This document shows, piece by piece, positions 16,608 through 23,842 of a stretch of DNA of 31,147 nucleotides. The notes beneath the pieces are model-generated. The model saw only the letters and a program-made list of their open reading frames with translations. It did no database searches and had not been told where the DNA came from. Origin of the DNA: a virus (lineage: Duplodnaviria; Caudoviricetes). The stretch spans positions 1-31,147 of the IMG/VR virus record IMGVR_UViG_3300011420_000024; one strand, written 5' to 3'. A program made the position numbers and the translations under genes. Positions within the stretch are counted from its first letter, which is position 1. Each line of letters opens with the position of its first letter.

Positions 16608-16942
16608 CCCGCGCCGCCGACGCCGTAGAACGCGCCAGGAGGCGCGAAATCGCCAAGGAGGTAGCCGAGGTAGCCAACGAGCGCCAGAGGGTCGCCACGG
16701 CCCTGGCAGACCCATCCACGGCCCTTCGCAAGCTCAAGGAGCGCACCCGCCAGCGCATGAGGAACCTGCGCGACCCGAAGTGGGGCCCGGCCCGGCGCTT
16801 CCCCGACTTCGTGGCCGGGATGTCAACGAGCACTTACATCGCACTTTTCCAGTCGATGAATGCCAGCGGCATGGGCGACGTCCACCCGCTGACGTTCGAC
16901 TTCAGGACGGCGGGCCCGGCCCCCTGGGAAGGCCAGCCATGA
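16604..16942 (+). CDS. Hypothetical protein (112 aa)
   Basis: ATGA overlaps at both ends. Confidence 0.65.
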   Translation: MTRAADAVERARRREIAKEVAEVANERQRVATALADPSTALRKLKERTRQRMRNLRDPKWGPARRFPDFVAGMSTSTYIALFQSMNASGMGDVHPLTFDFRTAGPAPWEGQP

Positions 16943-17088
16943 CTGAACTCTGGTGGATCGTCCTGCTCGCCGTCGGCTGCGTCATCAGCTTCGGCGTGGG
17001 CTACATCCGGGGCGCCGTGGACGCCACTGACCGCTGCGCCAAGCGCGTGGCCGAACTGATGCACAACATGAGGAAGCCACTGCCGTGA
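16939..17088 (+). CDS. Small membrane protein (49 aa, MTELWWIVLLAVGCVISFGVGY)
   Basis: ATGA overlap; N-terminal TM helix. Confidence 0.6.
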   Translation: MTELWWIVLLAVGCVISFGVGYIRGAVDATDRCAKRVAELMHNMRKPLP

Positions 17089-17300
17089 CCAACAAGACCC
17101 TTCGCTGCCCGCTGTACGACAGCGACATCGACATGATGTACCGCACGGGCGGCAGCTTCGCCCAGGCCATCGCCACCGCCTACACCCGGGCCGACAGCAT
17201 CAACAAGGCCAAGCTGCGCGCTGGCCTGCCGGAACTTTTCGGCAGGTACGAGCACCTCTACGCCGCCTACATGGTGGCCTACAACGAGAGGCGCGCATGA
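17085..17300 (+). CDS. Conserved small phage protein (71 aa)
   Basis: GGSFAQAIATAYTRADSINKAKL...PELF pattern recurrent in phages. Confidence 0.7.
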   Translation: MTNKTLRCPLYDSDIDMMYRTGGSFAQAIATAYTRADSINKAKLRAGLPELFGRYEHLYAAYMVAYNERRA

Positions 17301-17464
17301 GCACCGCCGTGCTGATCGGAGCGGCAGTCGGCGCCATCGTCGGCGCCCTGCTGTTCACCTGGGGCTGGTGCAGCGGCGCCAAGGACGCCGTGGACCGGGC
17401 CGACGCCCTGGCGAAGGCCGAGCGCAGCAAGTGGATCGCCGAGCAGGAGAGGTGGAAGCAATGA
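17297..17464 (+). CDS. Small membrane protein (55 aa, MSTAVLIGAAVGAIVGALLFTWGW)
   Basis: Not in ORF track; ATGA overlaps at both ends. Confidence 0.6.
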   Translation: MSTAVLIGAAVGAIVGALLFTWGWCSGAKDAVDRADALAKAERSKWIAEQERWKQ

Positions 17465-17619
17465 GAACCGACCCACGCATCGCCTGCGCCAACGGCCCCG
17501 AGCGTTGGCACTGGGCCTTCATCCACGACGCCCTGGCGCACCCGCTGATGGCCCTCACGGGCTACAGCGGGTGGGCCCTGGCCTTCCACAACTACACCTC
17601 CAGGAGGGCATGGCCGTGA
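17461..17619 (+). CDS. Small phage protein (52 aa, WAFIHDALAHPLMAL)
   Basis: ATGA/GTGA coupling. Confidence 0.6.
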   Translation: MRTDPRIACANGPERWHWAFIHDALAHPLMALTGYSGWALAFHNYTSRRAWP

Positions 17620-17849
17620 CCCCGAGCACCAAGCCAGTCACCCGGCTGACGTCGGCCTACGTGCGTGACCAGGGCCTGCGGGCCGTCGTCGTCACGATCA
17701 CCGGCAGCTTGATCGAGCTACGCGCCAAGGGGCGCCGACAGGTCGAGGTGGTCGATGTCGTCAGCCTGTACTACCAGACCGTCAAGAACCGTGTAAACGC
17801 CGAGCGTCGGATCAAGAAGGCCGACAAGGCCAAGAGGCGGGTCAAGTGA
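17616..17849 (+). CDS. Hypothetical basic protein (77 aa)
   Basis: GGAGG SD; GTGA overlaps. Confidence 0.65.
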   Translation: MTPSTKPVTRLTSAYVRDQGLRAVVVTITGSLIELRAKGRRQVEVVDVVSLYYQTVKNRVNAERRIKKADKAKRRVK

Positions 17850-18034
17850 GCAAGGCCACCGACCTGCAAGCCGCCGCCGAGGCCCACGCCCGGCTCCAGA
17901 AGGCCCTGAACGACTTCCACGAGCGCCGATCCGACGAATGGACGCGGGCCTCGCTGGAGGCCATCAAGGCCGCTCAACGTCGGATGGCCCAGGCCTCCCC
18001 GCAGTCGAGTTTCGTTACGGAGAATTGCAAATGA
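17846..18034 (+). CDS. Hypothetical protein (62 aa)
   Basis: GTGA/ATGA overlaps. Confidence 0.6.
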   Translation: MSKATDLQAAAEAHARLQKALNDFHERRSDEWTRASLEAIKAAQRRMAQASPQSSFVTENCK

Positions 18035-18225
18035 GCGCCAAGGACTTCAGCCAGATGGTCAAGCGTCTACGGGCCCAGGGCCTCATCACCGACGTCGTCA
18101 GGGGCGCCAAGCACCCGATCCTGATCCTGGCCGGTGGCGCCCGCTACACGATCCCCTGGACGCCGTCGGACTGGCGCGGCATCAAGAATGCCGAAAGTCA
18201 CATAAAAAGGCTTGCACGACGTTAA
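18031..18225 (+). CDS. HicA-like small basic protein (64 aa)
   Basis: KDFSQMVKRLRAQG...RGAKHP...TIPWTPSDWR pattern of HicA-fold phage proteins. Confidence 0.55.
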   Translation: MSAKDFSQMVKRLRAQGLITDVVRGAKHPILILAGGARYTIPWTPSDWRGIKNAESHIKRLARR

Positions 18226-18241
18226 AACCCTGGGCTACAAT
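18212..18241 (+). promoter_or_regulatory. Sigma70-type promoter P3
   Basis: TTGCAC-N18-TACAAT with upstream A-tract. Confidence 0.65.
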
Positions 18242-18279
18242 CGTGGCACGCAATCAGCGTGTAAACAAGGAGATTGAGA

Positions 18280-18873
18280 ATGAAGAAGCAGATCACCCGC
18301 GAGCAGTGGCTTGAGCGCGCCGTCGATGTCATCCGGGCGTCGGTCAAGAAGCGCGTGACGATTCCCGCCGTCAAAGTGTCGTGCTCCTGGCCCGGTGGCG
18401 GCTCCAGCCGCACCCGCATCGGCGAATGCTGGCCCAAGCGCGCATCGAAGGCCGACGTCAACGAGATTTTCGTCTCGCCCAAGATCGAGGATGCTGGCCG
18501 CGTCGTCGGCATCCTGGCCCACGAATTGGCGCACGCCGTGCTCGACTGCAAGCACGGCCACAAGGCCCAGTTCGTCGTCACGGCGGCGCTGATCGGCTGC
18601 GAGGGCAAGCCCACGAACATGGTGCCGCCCGATGCTGTCTCCCAGGCCTGGGCCGACAAGGTCATCGCCAAGTGGGGCCCCTTCCCGCACCGCACCCTGG
18701 ACAAGACCCAGTCTCCGACCAAGCCGCAGACGGCGCGCATGATCAAGTGCCAGTGCAACGAATGCGGCGCGGTCTGGCGCATGAGCGGCACCGTCATCGC
18801 ATCGGCCATCGGCGAGTTGTCGTGCCCGGTCTGCCACACCCAGGAAGAAGGAGCGGTCAATGTCGGCGGTTGA
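18280..18873 (+). CDS. SprT-like zinc metalloprotease with C-terminal zinc ribbon
   Basis: ILAHELAHA (HExxH), HGHKAQF, CQCNEC...CPVC; AAGGAG SD. Confidence 0.85.
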   Translation: MKKQITREQWLERAVDVIRASVKKRVTIPAVKVSCSWPGGGSSRTRIGECWPKRASKADVNEIFVSPKIEDAGRVVGILAHELAHAVLDCKHGHKAQFVVTAALIGCEGKPTNMVPPDAVSQAWADKVIAKWGPFPHRTLDKTQSPTKPQTARMIKCQCNECGAVWRMSGTVIASAIGELSCPVCHTQEEGAVNVGG

Positions 18874-19084
18874 CGTTTACACGCTGCGCCTGACGGGCGC
18901 CGACGCCGAGGTGGTGCGCGTGGCCCTGGTGCTGCGGGCCGCTGCCCTGGAGGAGGAGGCCAAGCAGTTCGTGCCCCTGGGGGCCAACCTGCGGCGGCAC
19001 ATGGACACTGCCGTGGGCCTGCGCCGGATCGCCGAGGCGGTCCATGAGCAGACCCTCGACTACATGCGCCAGCGGACGTACTGA
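18860..19084 (+). CDS. Hypothetical protein (74 aa)
   Basis: AAGGAG SD. Confidence 0.65.
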   Translation: MSAVDVYTLRLTGADAEVVRVALVLRAAALEEEAKQFVPLGANLRRHMDTAVGLRRIAEAVHEQTLDYMRQRTY

Positions 19085-19085
19085 C

Positions 19086-19331
19086 ATGGCCCACCTCAGT
19101 CGCAGCCTGACCCGCTTCAACTTCGCGCCCGGTGGCCCCCGGCCACCGCTGCGGACCTGCTGCGAACTGGCCGAGGAACTGGGCACGACGCCGATGGCGC
19201 TGGGCAAGGCCCTGCAAAAGGCTGGCATCCAGCCGCTGATCGACAACCGCAAGGTGGGCGCCGCCAACCGGGCGGTCTGGTACGACCCGCGCATCGTGCG
19301 CGCCTTCTGGAAGGAGAAAAATAGCGCTTGA
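19086..19331 (+). CDS. Putative HTH DNA-binding protein (81 aa)
   Basis: LRTCCELAEELGTTPMALGKAL HTH-like segment, WYDP. Confidence 0.55.
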   Translation: MAHLSRSLTRFNFAPGGPRPPLRTCCELAEELGTTPMALGKALQKAGIQPLIDNRKVGAANRAVWYDPRIVRAFWKEKNSA

Positions 19332-19358
19332 CAGTCACTTGTAGCCCTGGGCTATAAT
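19328..19358 (+). promoter_or_regulatory. Sigma70-type promoter P4 overlapped by a near-perfect palindrome
   Basis: TTGACA-N19-TATAAT; TGTAGCCC-T-GGGCTATA at 19340-19356. Confidence 0.75.
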
Positions 19359-19410
19359 ACGCCCAGGGATTCACCCTGACCGGCCCAGCCGGGTAACCTG
19401 AAGAAGGAAG

Positions 19411-19752
19411 ATGAAGATGAACAACGCCGTGATCGCCCCCTCCAGCACCGCCACCGGCCAACTGGTTGACCGCTTCGGTCGCCTCAAGGCCGAGGCCTCC
19501 GACATCGCCACCGAGCTTGACACCATCAAGGACGTCCTGATCGAGCGCGAAGGCGAGAGCAAGCTGGAAGGCGAACTGTTCCGTCTGGCGCTGTCGAACA
19601 CCCTGCGCTCGACCACTGACTGGAAGGCCGTCGCCCTGGCGATGGCGAAGAAGGCCGGTGTGTCCGACAAGGTCTTCGACAACGCCGTGGCGCTGAACAC
19701 CAACTGCACCGCGATCTGGACCGCAAGGCCCGCCGCCCGCGTCACCAAGTAG
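19411..19752 (+). CDS. Hypothetical phage protein (113 aa)
   Basis: AAGGA SD; LVDRFGRLKAEASDI...TTDWKAVA. Confidence 0.75.
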   Translation: MKMNNAVIAPSSTATGQLVDRFGRLKAEASDIATELDTIKDVLIEREGESKLEGELFRLALSNTLRSTTDWKAVALAMAKKAGVSDKVFDNAVALNTNCTAIWTARPAARVTK

Positions 19753-19761
19753 CCAACCCCC

Positions 19762-19782
19762 GGCCCCTTCGGGGGCCTATTT
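19762..19782 (+). terminator. Rho-independent terminator
   Basis: GGCCCC-TTCG-GGGGCC then TATTT. Confidence 0.65.
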
Positions 19783-19797
19783 CGTTACGGAGAATTC

Positions 19798-20931
19798 ATG
19801 TCAGGACACGCACCCTTCCCACCGTCTGCCGCCAAGCGGTGGATGACCTGCACCGCCAGCTTCGGGCTGTCGCTGCAAGTGCCCGAGCAGGCATCGAGCA
19901 GCTACGCCGACGAGGGTAGCCGTTTACACGATCTGGCCGCGACCTACCTGACCCGCGAAGACGGCGCGACGACGATGTGCGCCGAGGACTACGCGACCCT
20001 CAAGCCCTACCTGGAGTACGCCAGCAAGCGCATGAAGGACGCCGTCGTCAGCCGGGTCGAGGAGCGCATCGAGCATTCGCAACTGCTCAACGGCACCGCC
20101 GATCTGGTGATCCTGGAGAAGATCGCCAAGGTGGGCACGCTGCTGGAGGTGGCCGACCTGAAGACCGGGGCAGGCATCATGGTCGATCCCGTGGACAACC
20201 ACCAGATGCTGACCTACGCCTACATGCTGCTGTCCAAGCTGATCTGGCGCGGCGAGCGCCAGCCCGACATCATCCGGCTGACCGTCGTGCAGCCGCCCAA
20301 CGAAGCCGAGCCCGTGCGGTCCTGGGATACCGCCTCCAGCGTCGTGCTGCGGCACGGTGCAGCCGCCGAGGAGGCGATCACGATGGCGGTCACCGGCCAG
20401 GGCGAGTACGTCGTCGGCGATCACTGCCGCTTCTGCCCGGCGAAGTCGATCTGCCCCAAGCTGCGCGGCGAGATGGTCGAGGCCCTGGGCGGTGCCCTGC
20501 CCGCGACGATGACGCCGCTGGCCCTGTCAAGCTGGCTGGACCGCGCTGACCGTATGGAGGCCTTCATCAAGTCGCTGCGCGAGACGGGCCACGAGGTGGC
20601 CTCGCTGGCCGCTCGCCAGGGCAAGCCCGGCATCCCAGGCTGGGGCCTGAAGCCCAAGCGTGCGATGCGGCAGTGGGTCGATGAGGAGAAGGTGATCGCC
20701 TTCGCCCGCCAGCGCAAGATCAAAATCTGGCAGGACAAACTGCTCTCGCCCGCGATGGCCGAGAAGGAGCATCCCAGCCTTCCGAAGGAGTTGCGCGACA
20801 TGATCGTTGCTGTATCCTCCGGGATGAATCTCGTCAGGGTTGAAGACCAGGGCGAGGTTAAGCAGGCCGAGGATGGATCGAAGATGGAACGTCTGATGGC
20901 TAATTTTGACTTGATGAAACACAGGAGATGA
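19798..20931 (+). CDS. DUF2800 family Cas4-like PD-(D/E)XK nuclease
   Basis: PSAAKRWMTC, ADEGSRLH, GTADL, ADLKTG, NHQMLTYA, HCRFCPAKSIC. Confidence 0.9.
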   Translation: MSGHAPFPPSAAKRWMTCTASFGLSLQVPEQASSSYADEGSRLHDLAATYLTREDGATTMCAEDYATLKPYLEYASKRMKDAVVSRVEERIEHSQLLNGTADLVILEKIAKVGTLLEVADLKTGAGIMVDPVDNHQMLTYAYMLLSKLIWRGERQPDIIRLTVVQPPNEAEPVRSWDTASSVVLRHGAAAEEAITMAVTGQGEYVVGDHCRFCPAKSICPKLRGEMVEALGGALPATMTPLALSSWLDRADRMEAFIKSLRETGHEVASLAARQGKPGIPGWGLKPKRAMRQWVDEEKVIAFARQRKIKIWQDKLLSPAMAEKEHPSLPKELRDMIVAVSSGMNLVRVEDQGEVKQAEDGSKMERLMANFDLMKHRR

Positions 20932-21626
20932 GCAACATGGCTACGAACGGCAAGAGCAACGGTGCGATGGTCACCTTCGACGCGAGCAAGTTCCAGGCGA
21001 GCGTCAACAACATGACCCGCAGCGTCGGGGGTCGGGCTGACTTCCTTCGCATGGACAAGAGCGGCGACTGGTACTTCGGCAAGGACGATACCCCGGTGGG
21101 CGAGAAGGACTTGATCTACATCGACCCGATGGGATCGGTCCACGGCTGGCAGTGCTGGGCCGACACTGACCTGGACGGCGTCAACGCCGAACTGCTGGGC
21201 GACAAGGTGGTCCCGGCCTTCGACCCCCTCCCCGAGATGCCCGATCAGGTGCCGAAGAACGGGCGCGAATGGACCGAGATGCGTGGCCTGTCGGCGGTGC
21301 TGGGCGATCACAAGCTCACGTACACGACGACGTCGCTGGGCGGCAAGGAAGCCGTTGCAGCCCTGGGCGTTGCCCTGCGCGAGCAGTACGGCACCGACAA
21401 GACCAAGCTGGTGGCCGTCGTGAAGCTGTCCAGCGACTGGTACAAGCACAAGAAGTACGGCAAGACCTACGTGCCGGTCTTCGACATCGTTGACTGGGTC
21501 GCGGGCCCGCCCCCGGCCACCGAGGCGGTGCCGATCAGTCCCGCCGCCAAGGCCAAGGCCAAGGCTGAAGTTGCGGGCAAGACCCCGGCGAAGAAGACCC
21601 CCCTCAAGCGCCCAGCCGCCCGCTGA
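20928..21626 (+). CDS. Putative single-stranded DNA-binding protein
   Basis: Sits between DUF2800 and PolA; FLRMDKSGDWYFG, YKHKKYGKTYVPVFDIVDW. Confidence 0.6.
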   Translation: MSNMATNGKSNGAMVTFDASKFQASVNNMTRSVGGRADFLRMDKSGDWYFGKDDTPVGEKDLIYIDPMGSVHGWQCWADTDLDGVNAELLGDKVVPAFDPLPEMPDQVPKNGREWTEMRGLSAVLGDHKLTYTTTSLGGKEAVAALGVALREQYGTDKTKLVAVVKLSSDWYKHKKYGKTYVPVFDIVDWVAGPPPATEAVPISPAAKAKAKAEVAGKTPAKKTPLKRPAAR

Positions 21627-21633
21627 AGTACCG

Positions 21634-21661
21634 AGGCCCCGGGCTGTCCCGGGGCCTTTTT
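21634..21661 (+). terminator. Rho-independent terminator
   Basis: AGGCCCCGGG-CTGT-CCCGGGGCCT-TTTT. Confidence 0.85.
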
Positions 21662-21692
21662 CGTTACTGGTAGTTAAGCCCGGAGCTTCACA

Positions 21693-23783
21693 ATGAACCG
21701 CACCCCCATCCTGTGGCTCGATACGGAGACACGGTCCCGCGTTGACCTGAAGAAGCACGGCGCGTACCGCTACGTGCAATGCCCCGACCACCGCATCCTG
21801 ATCGCAAGCTGGGCCCTGGGCGACGGGCCCATCGAGACGGCGATCCTGAAAGACGGCGTGCTGCCGCTGAAGCTACGCAACATGCTGGCCGACAAGCGCC
21901 TCCAGGTGCGAGCCCACGGCGCCCAGTTCGACAGGCTCCAGTTGAAGGGTGAGGCCCCACCCATCGACCGCTGGTACTGCACGATGGCCCAGGCCCGTGG
22001 CGTGGCGATGCCGGGTAGCCTGGAGAACCTGGGCCGGGCGATGGGCTCCAAGGTGCAGAAGGATCACCGGGGCATGCAACTGATCCGGCAGTTGTCGATC
22101 CCCGGCAAGGACGGCAACTTCGACAACGACCCGGTGGCGATGGCCGAATTCGCCCGCTACTGCGCGCAGGACGTCAGGACGATGCGGGCCAACAGCCGGA
22201 ACCTGCCCGACCTGCGCGATGAAGACCTGGAGGTGTACCACGCAAGTGAGCGTGTAAACGACAGGGGCCTGCCCATCGACGTCGAGTTGTGCAGGCTCGC
22301 GGTGCAGTACGCCGAAGTGGAGAAGGTCGAGGCCAGCGAGCGCGTGCTTGAGTTGTCGATGGGCGCGTTACGCTCTGTGCGTAGCCCCAAGCTGACCGAC
22401 TGGGTCTATGACCGCCTGGACCCGGCATTGCGGCGGTACATGGACACCATCACCGTGGGCCTGCAAGGGCGCGTTTCCGGATCGGCAGGCGACGTCAAGA
22501 ACGCGCCGCAGACCGGCGAGGGCACTGGCACCGGCATCGTGATGGGCGGGCGCAAGGGCATCAGTCGCGCCAACAAGAAGGCCAAGGTGAGCAAGGGCCG
22601 GTCCCTGGCGACGGGCGTGCGCGATACGCTGCTGGACATTGTCGAGGGCAACCCCAGCGCCATCGACCCCGAAGTGGTCGAGATGATCGAGGCCAAGGAA
22701 GCCGGGTCGCTGTCGAGCACGGCGAAGTTCCAGACCATGCTGAACCGGGTCAGCGCCGACGGGCGGCTGCGCGGCGCCTTTGTCCTCAACGGCGCCTACC
22801 AGACGAACCGCTGGACGTCAGTGGGCGCCCAGGTGCATAACTTCCCCCGGCTGGTGGCCGAAGACCCCGAGGCGATCCTGGCCCGCATGCGCCGGGGCGA
22901 GTCGCTGCCGGGCGTGCTGAAGACGCTGAAGTCGATGCTGCGCCCGGCGATCTGCCCGGGCCAAGGCCGCGTGATCGTGCGCGCCGACTGGAATGCCGTC
23001 GAGGCCCGTGGCCTGCCCTGGCTGGCCGACAACGGCGGCGCCCGGAGTTACATGGAGGCCTTCAACGACAGCGAGCGCGACATCTACATCGAGCAGGCCG
23101 AAGCCGCTGGCCTGGGCCGAGAGCGCCAGCCGGGCAAGGTGGTGGTGCTGTCGCTGGGATACGGCGGCGGCGTCGGCGCGCTGGGGGCGATGGCGAAGAA
23201 CTACGGCGTCACCATCGAGCAGGCCCAGGCCGTCGTCACCCGCTGGCGCCGGGCCAACGGCTGGGTGGCCGACAAGAAGACCGGGTGGTGGGCCTCCCTG
23301 GGCCGCTGCGCCATGCAGGCCATGCGTAACCCTGGGCGCCAGTACCGGGCGGGCCGCGTCGTGCTGGCGCACCTGGGCTCCAATCTGGTCATGCAACTGC
23401 CCAGCGGGCGCTGCGTGCAGTACCCGATGGCCGAGGTGGTCGATGGCGACTTCGGCCCCGAGATTGCCTACCTGAAGGCGTCGTGGAAGCCCACCGCCGA
23501 CGCGACTGAATGGCCGAAGGCACGCCTGTGGCACGGCATCCTGGCCGAGAATGCCGACCAAGCCGCCTGCGCCGACCTGCTGCGCGATGCCCTCGTGAGG
23601 GCCGACAGGCAGGGCCTGGACGTCATCGGCCATGTGCATGACGAGATGATCACCGAGGCCCCTGTACGCCAATCCAAGGCCAAGGGCAAGGCCTTGCAGC
23701 GCTGTATGCTGGATTCCGCTGCCTGGGCCGACGGGTTCCCCCTGAAGGCCGAGGTGGACATCTCCCCACGGTTCCGCAAATAA
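21693..23783 (+). CDS. Family A DNA polymerase with 3'-5' exonuclease domain
   Basis: ExoI LDTETRS, ExoIII YCAQDV, motif A ADWNAVEAR, motif B RQPGKVVVLSLGYG, motif C HVHDEM. Confidence 0.95.
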   Translation: MNRTPILWLDTETRSRVDLKKHGAYRYVQCPDHRILIASWALGDGPIETAILKDGVLPLKLRNMLADKRLQVRAHGAQFDRLQLKGEAPPIDRWYCTMAQARGVAMPGSLENLGRAMGSKVQKDHRGMQLIRQLSIPGKDGNFDNDPVAMAEFARYCAQDVRTMRANSRNLPDLRDEDLEVYHASERVNDRGLPIDVELCRLAVQYAEVEKVEASERVLELSMGALRSVRSPKLTDWVYDRLDPALRRYMDTITVGLQGRVSGSAGDVKNAPQTGEGTGTGIVMGGRKGISRANKKAKVSKGRSLATGVRDTLLDIVEGNPSAIDPEVVEMIEAKEAGSLSSTAKFQTMLNRVSADGRLRGAFVLNGAYQTNRWTSVGAQVHNFPRLVAEDPEAILARMRRGESLPGVLKTLKSMLRPAICPGQGRVIVRADWNAVEARGLPWLADNGGARSYMEAFNDSERDIYIEQAEAAGLGRERQPGKVVVLSLGYGGGVGALGAMAKNYGVTIEQAQAVVTRWRRANGWVADKKTGWWASLGRCAMQAMRNPGRQYRAGRVVLAHLGSNLVMQLPSGRCVQYPMAEVVDGDFGPEIAYLKASWKPTADATEWPKARLWHGILAENADQAACADLLRDALVRADRQGLDVIGHVHDEMITEAPVRQSKAKGKALQRCMLDSAAWADGFPLKAEVDISPRFRK

Positions 23784-23785
23784 GA

Positions 23786-23811
23786 CAGGCCGGGGCGTCA
23801 ACCCCGGCCTG
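23786..23811. repeat. 10-bp inverted repeat CAGGCCGGGG-N6-CCCCGGCCTG
   Basis: Between pol and primase genes; no U-tract. Confidence 0.75.
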
Positions 23812-23842
23812 AATCCATCCACGTTTACACACTGAGAGCGCC

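Noticed and set aside
19798-20931. Cas4-like nuclease suggesting a CRISPR-Cas system
   Set aside because: No repeat-spacer array or other cas genes; the DUF2800-SSB-PolA context is a standard phage replication module.
22446-22606. Intein or intron in the DNA polymerase
   Set aside because: The frame is continuous, the segment is short, and it lacks Cys/Ser-start and His-Asn-end splicing motifs.
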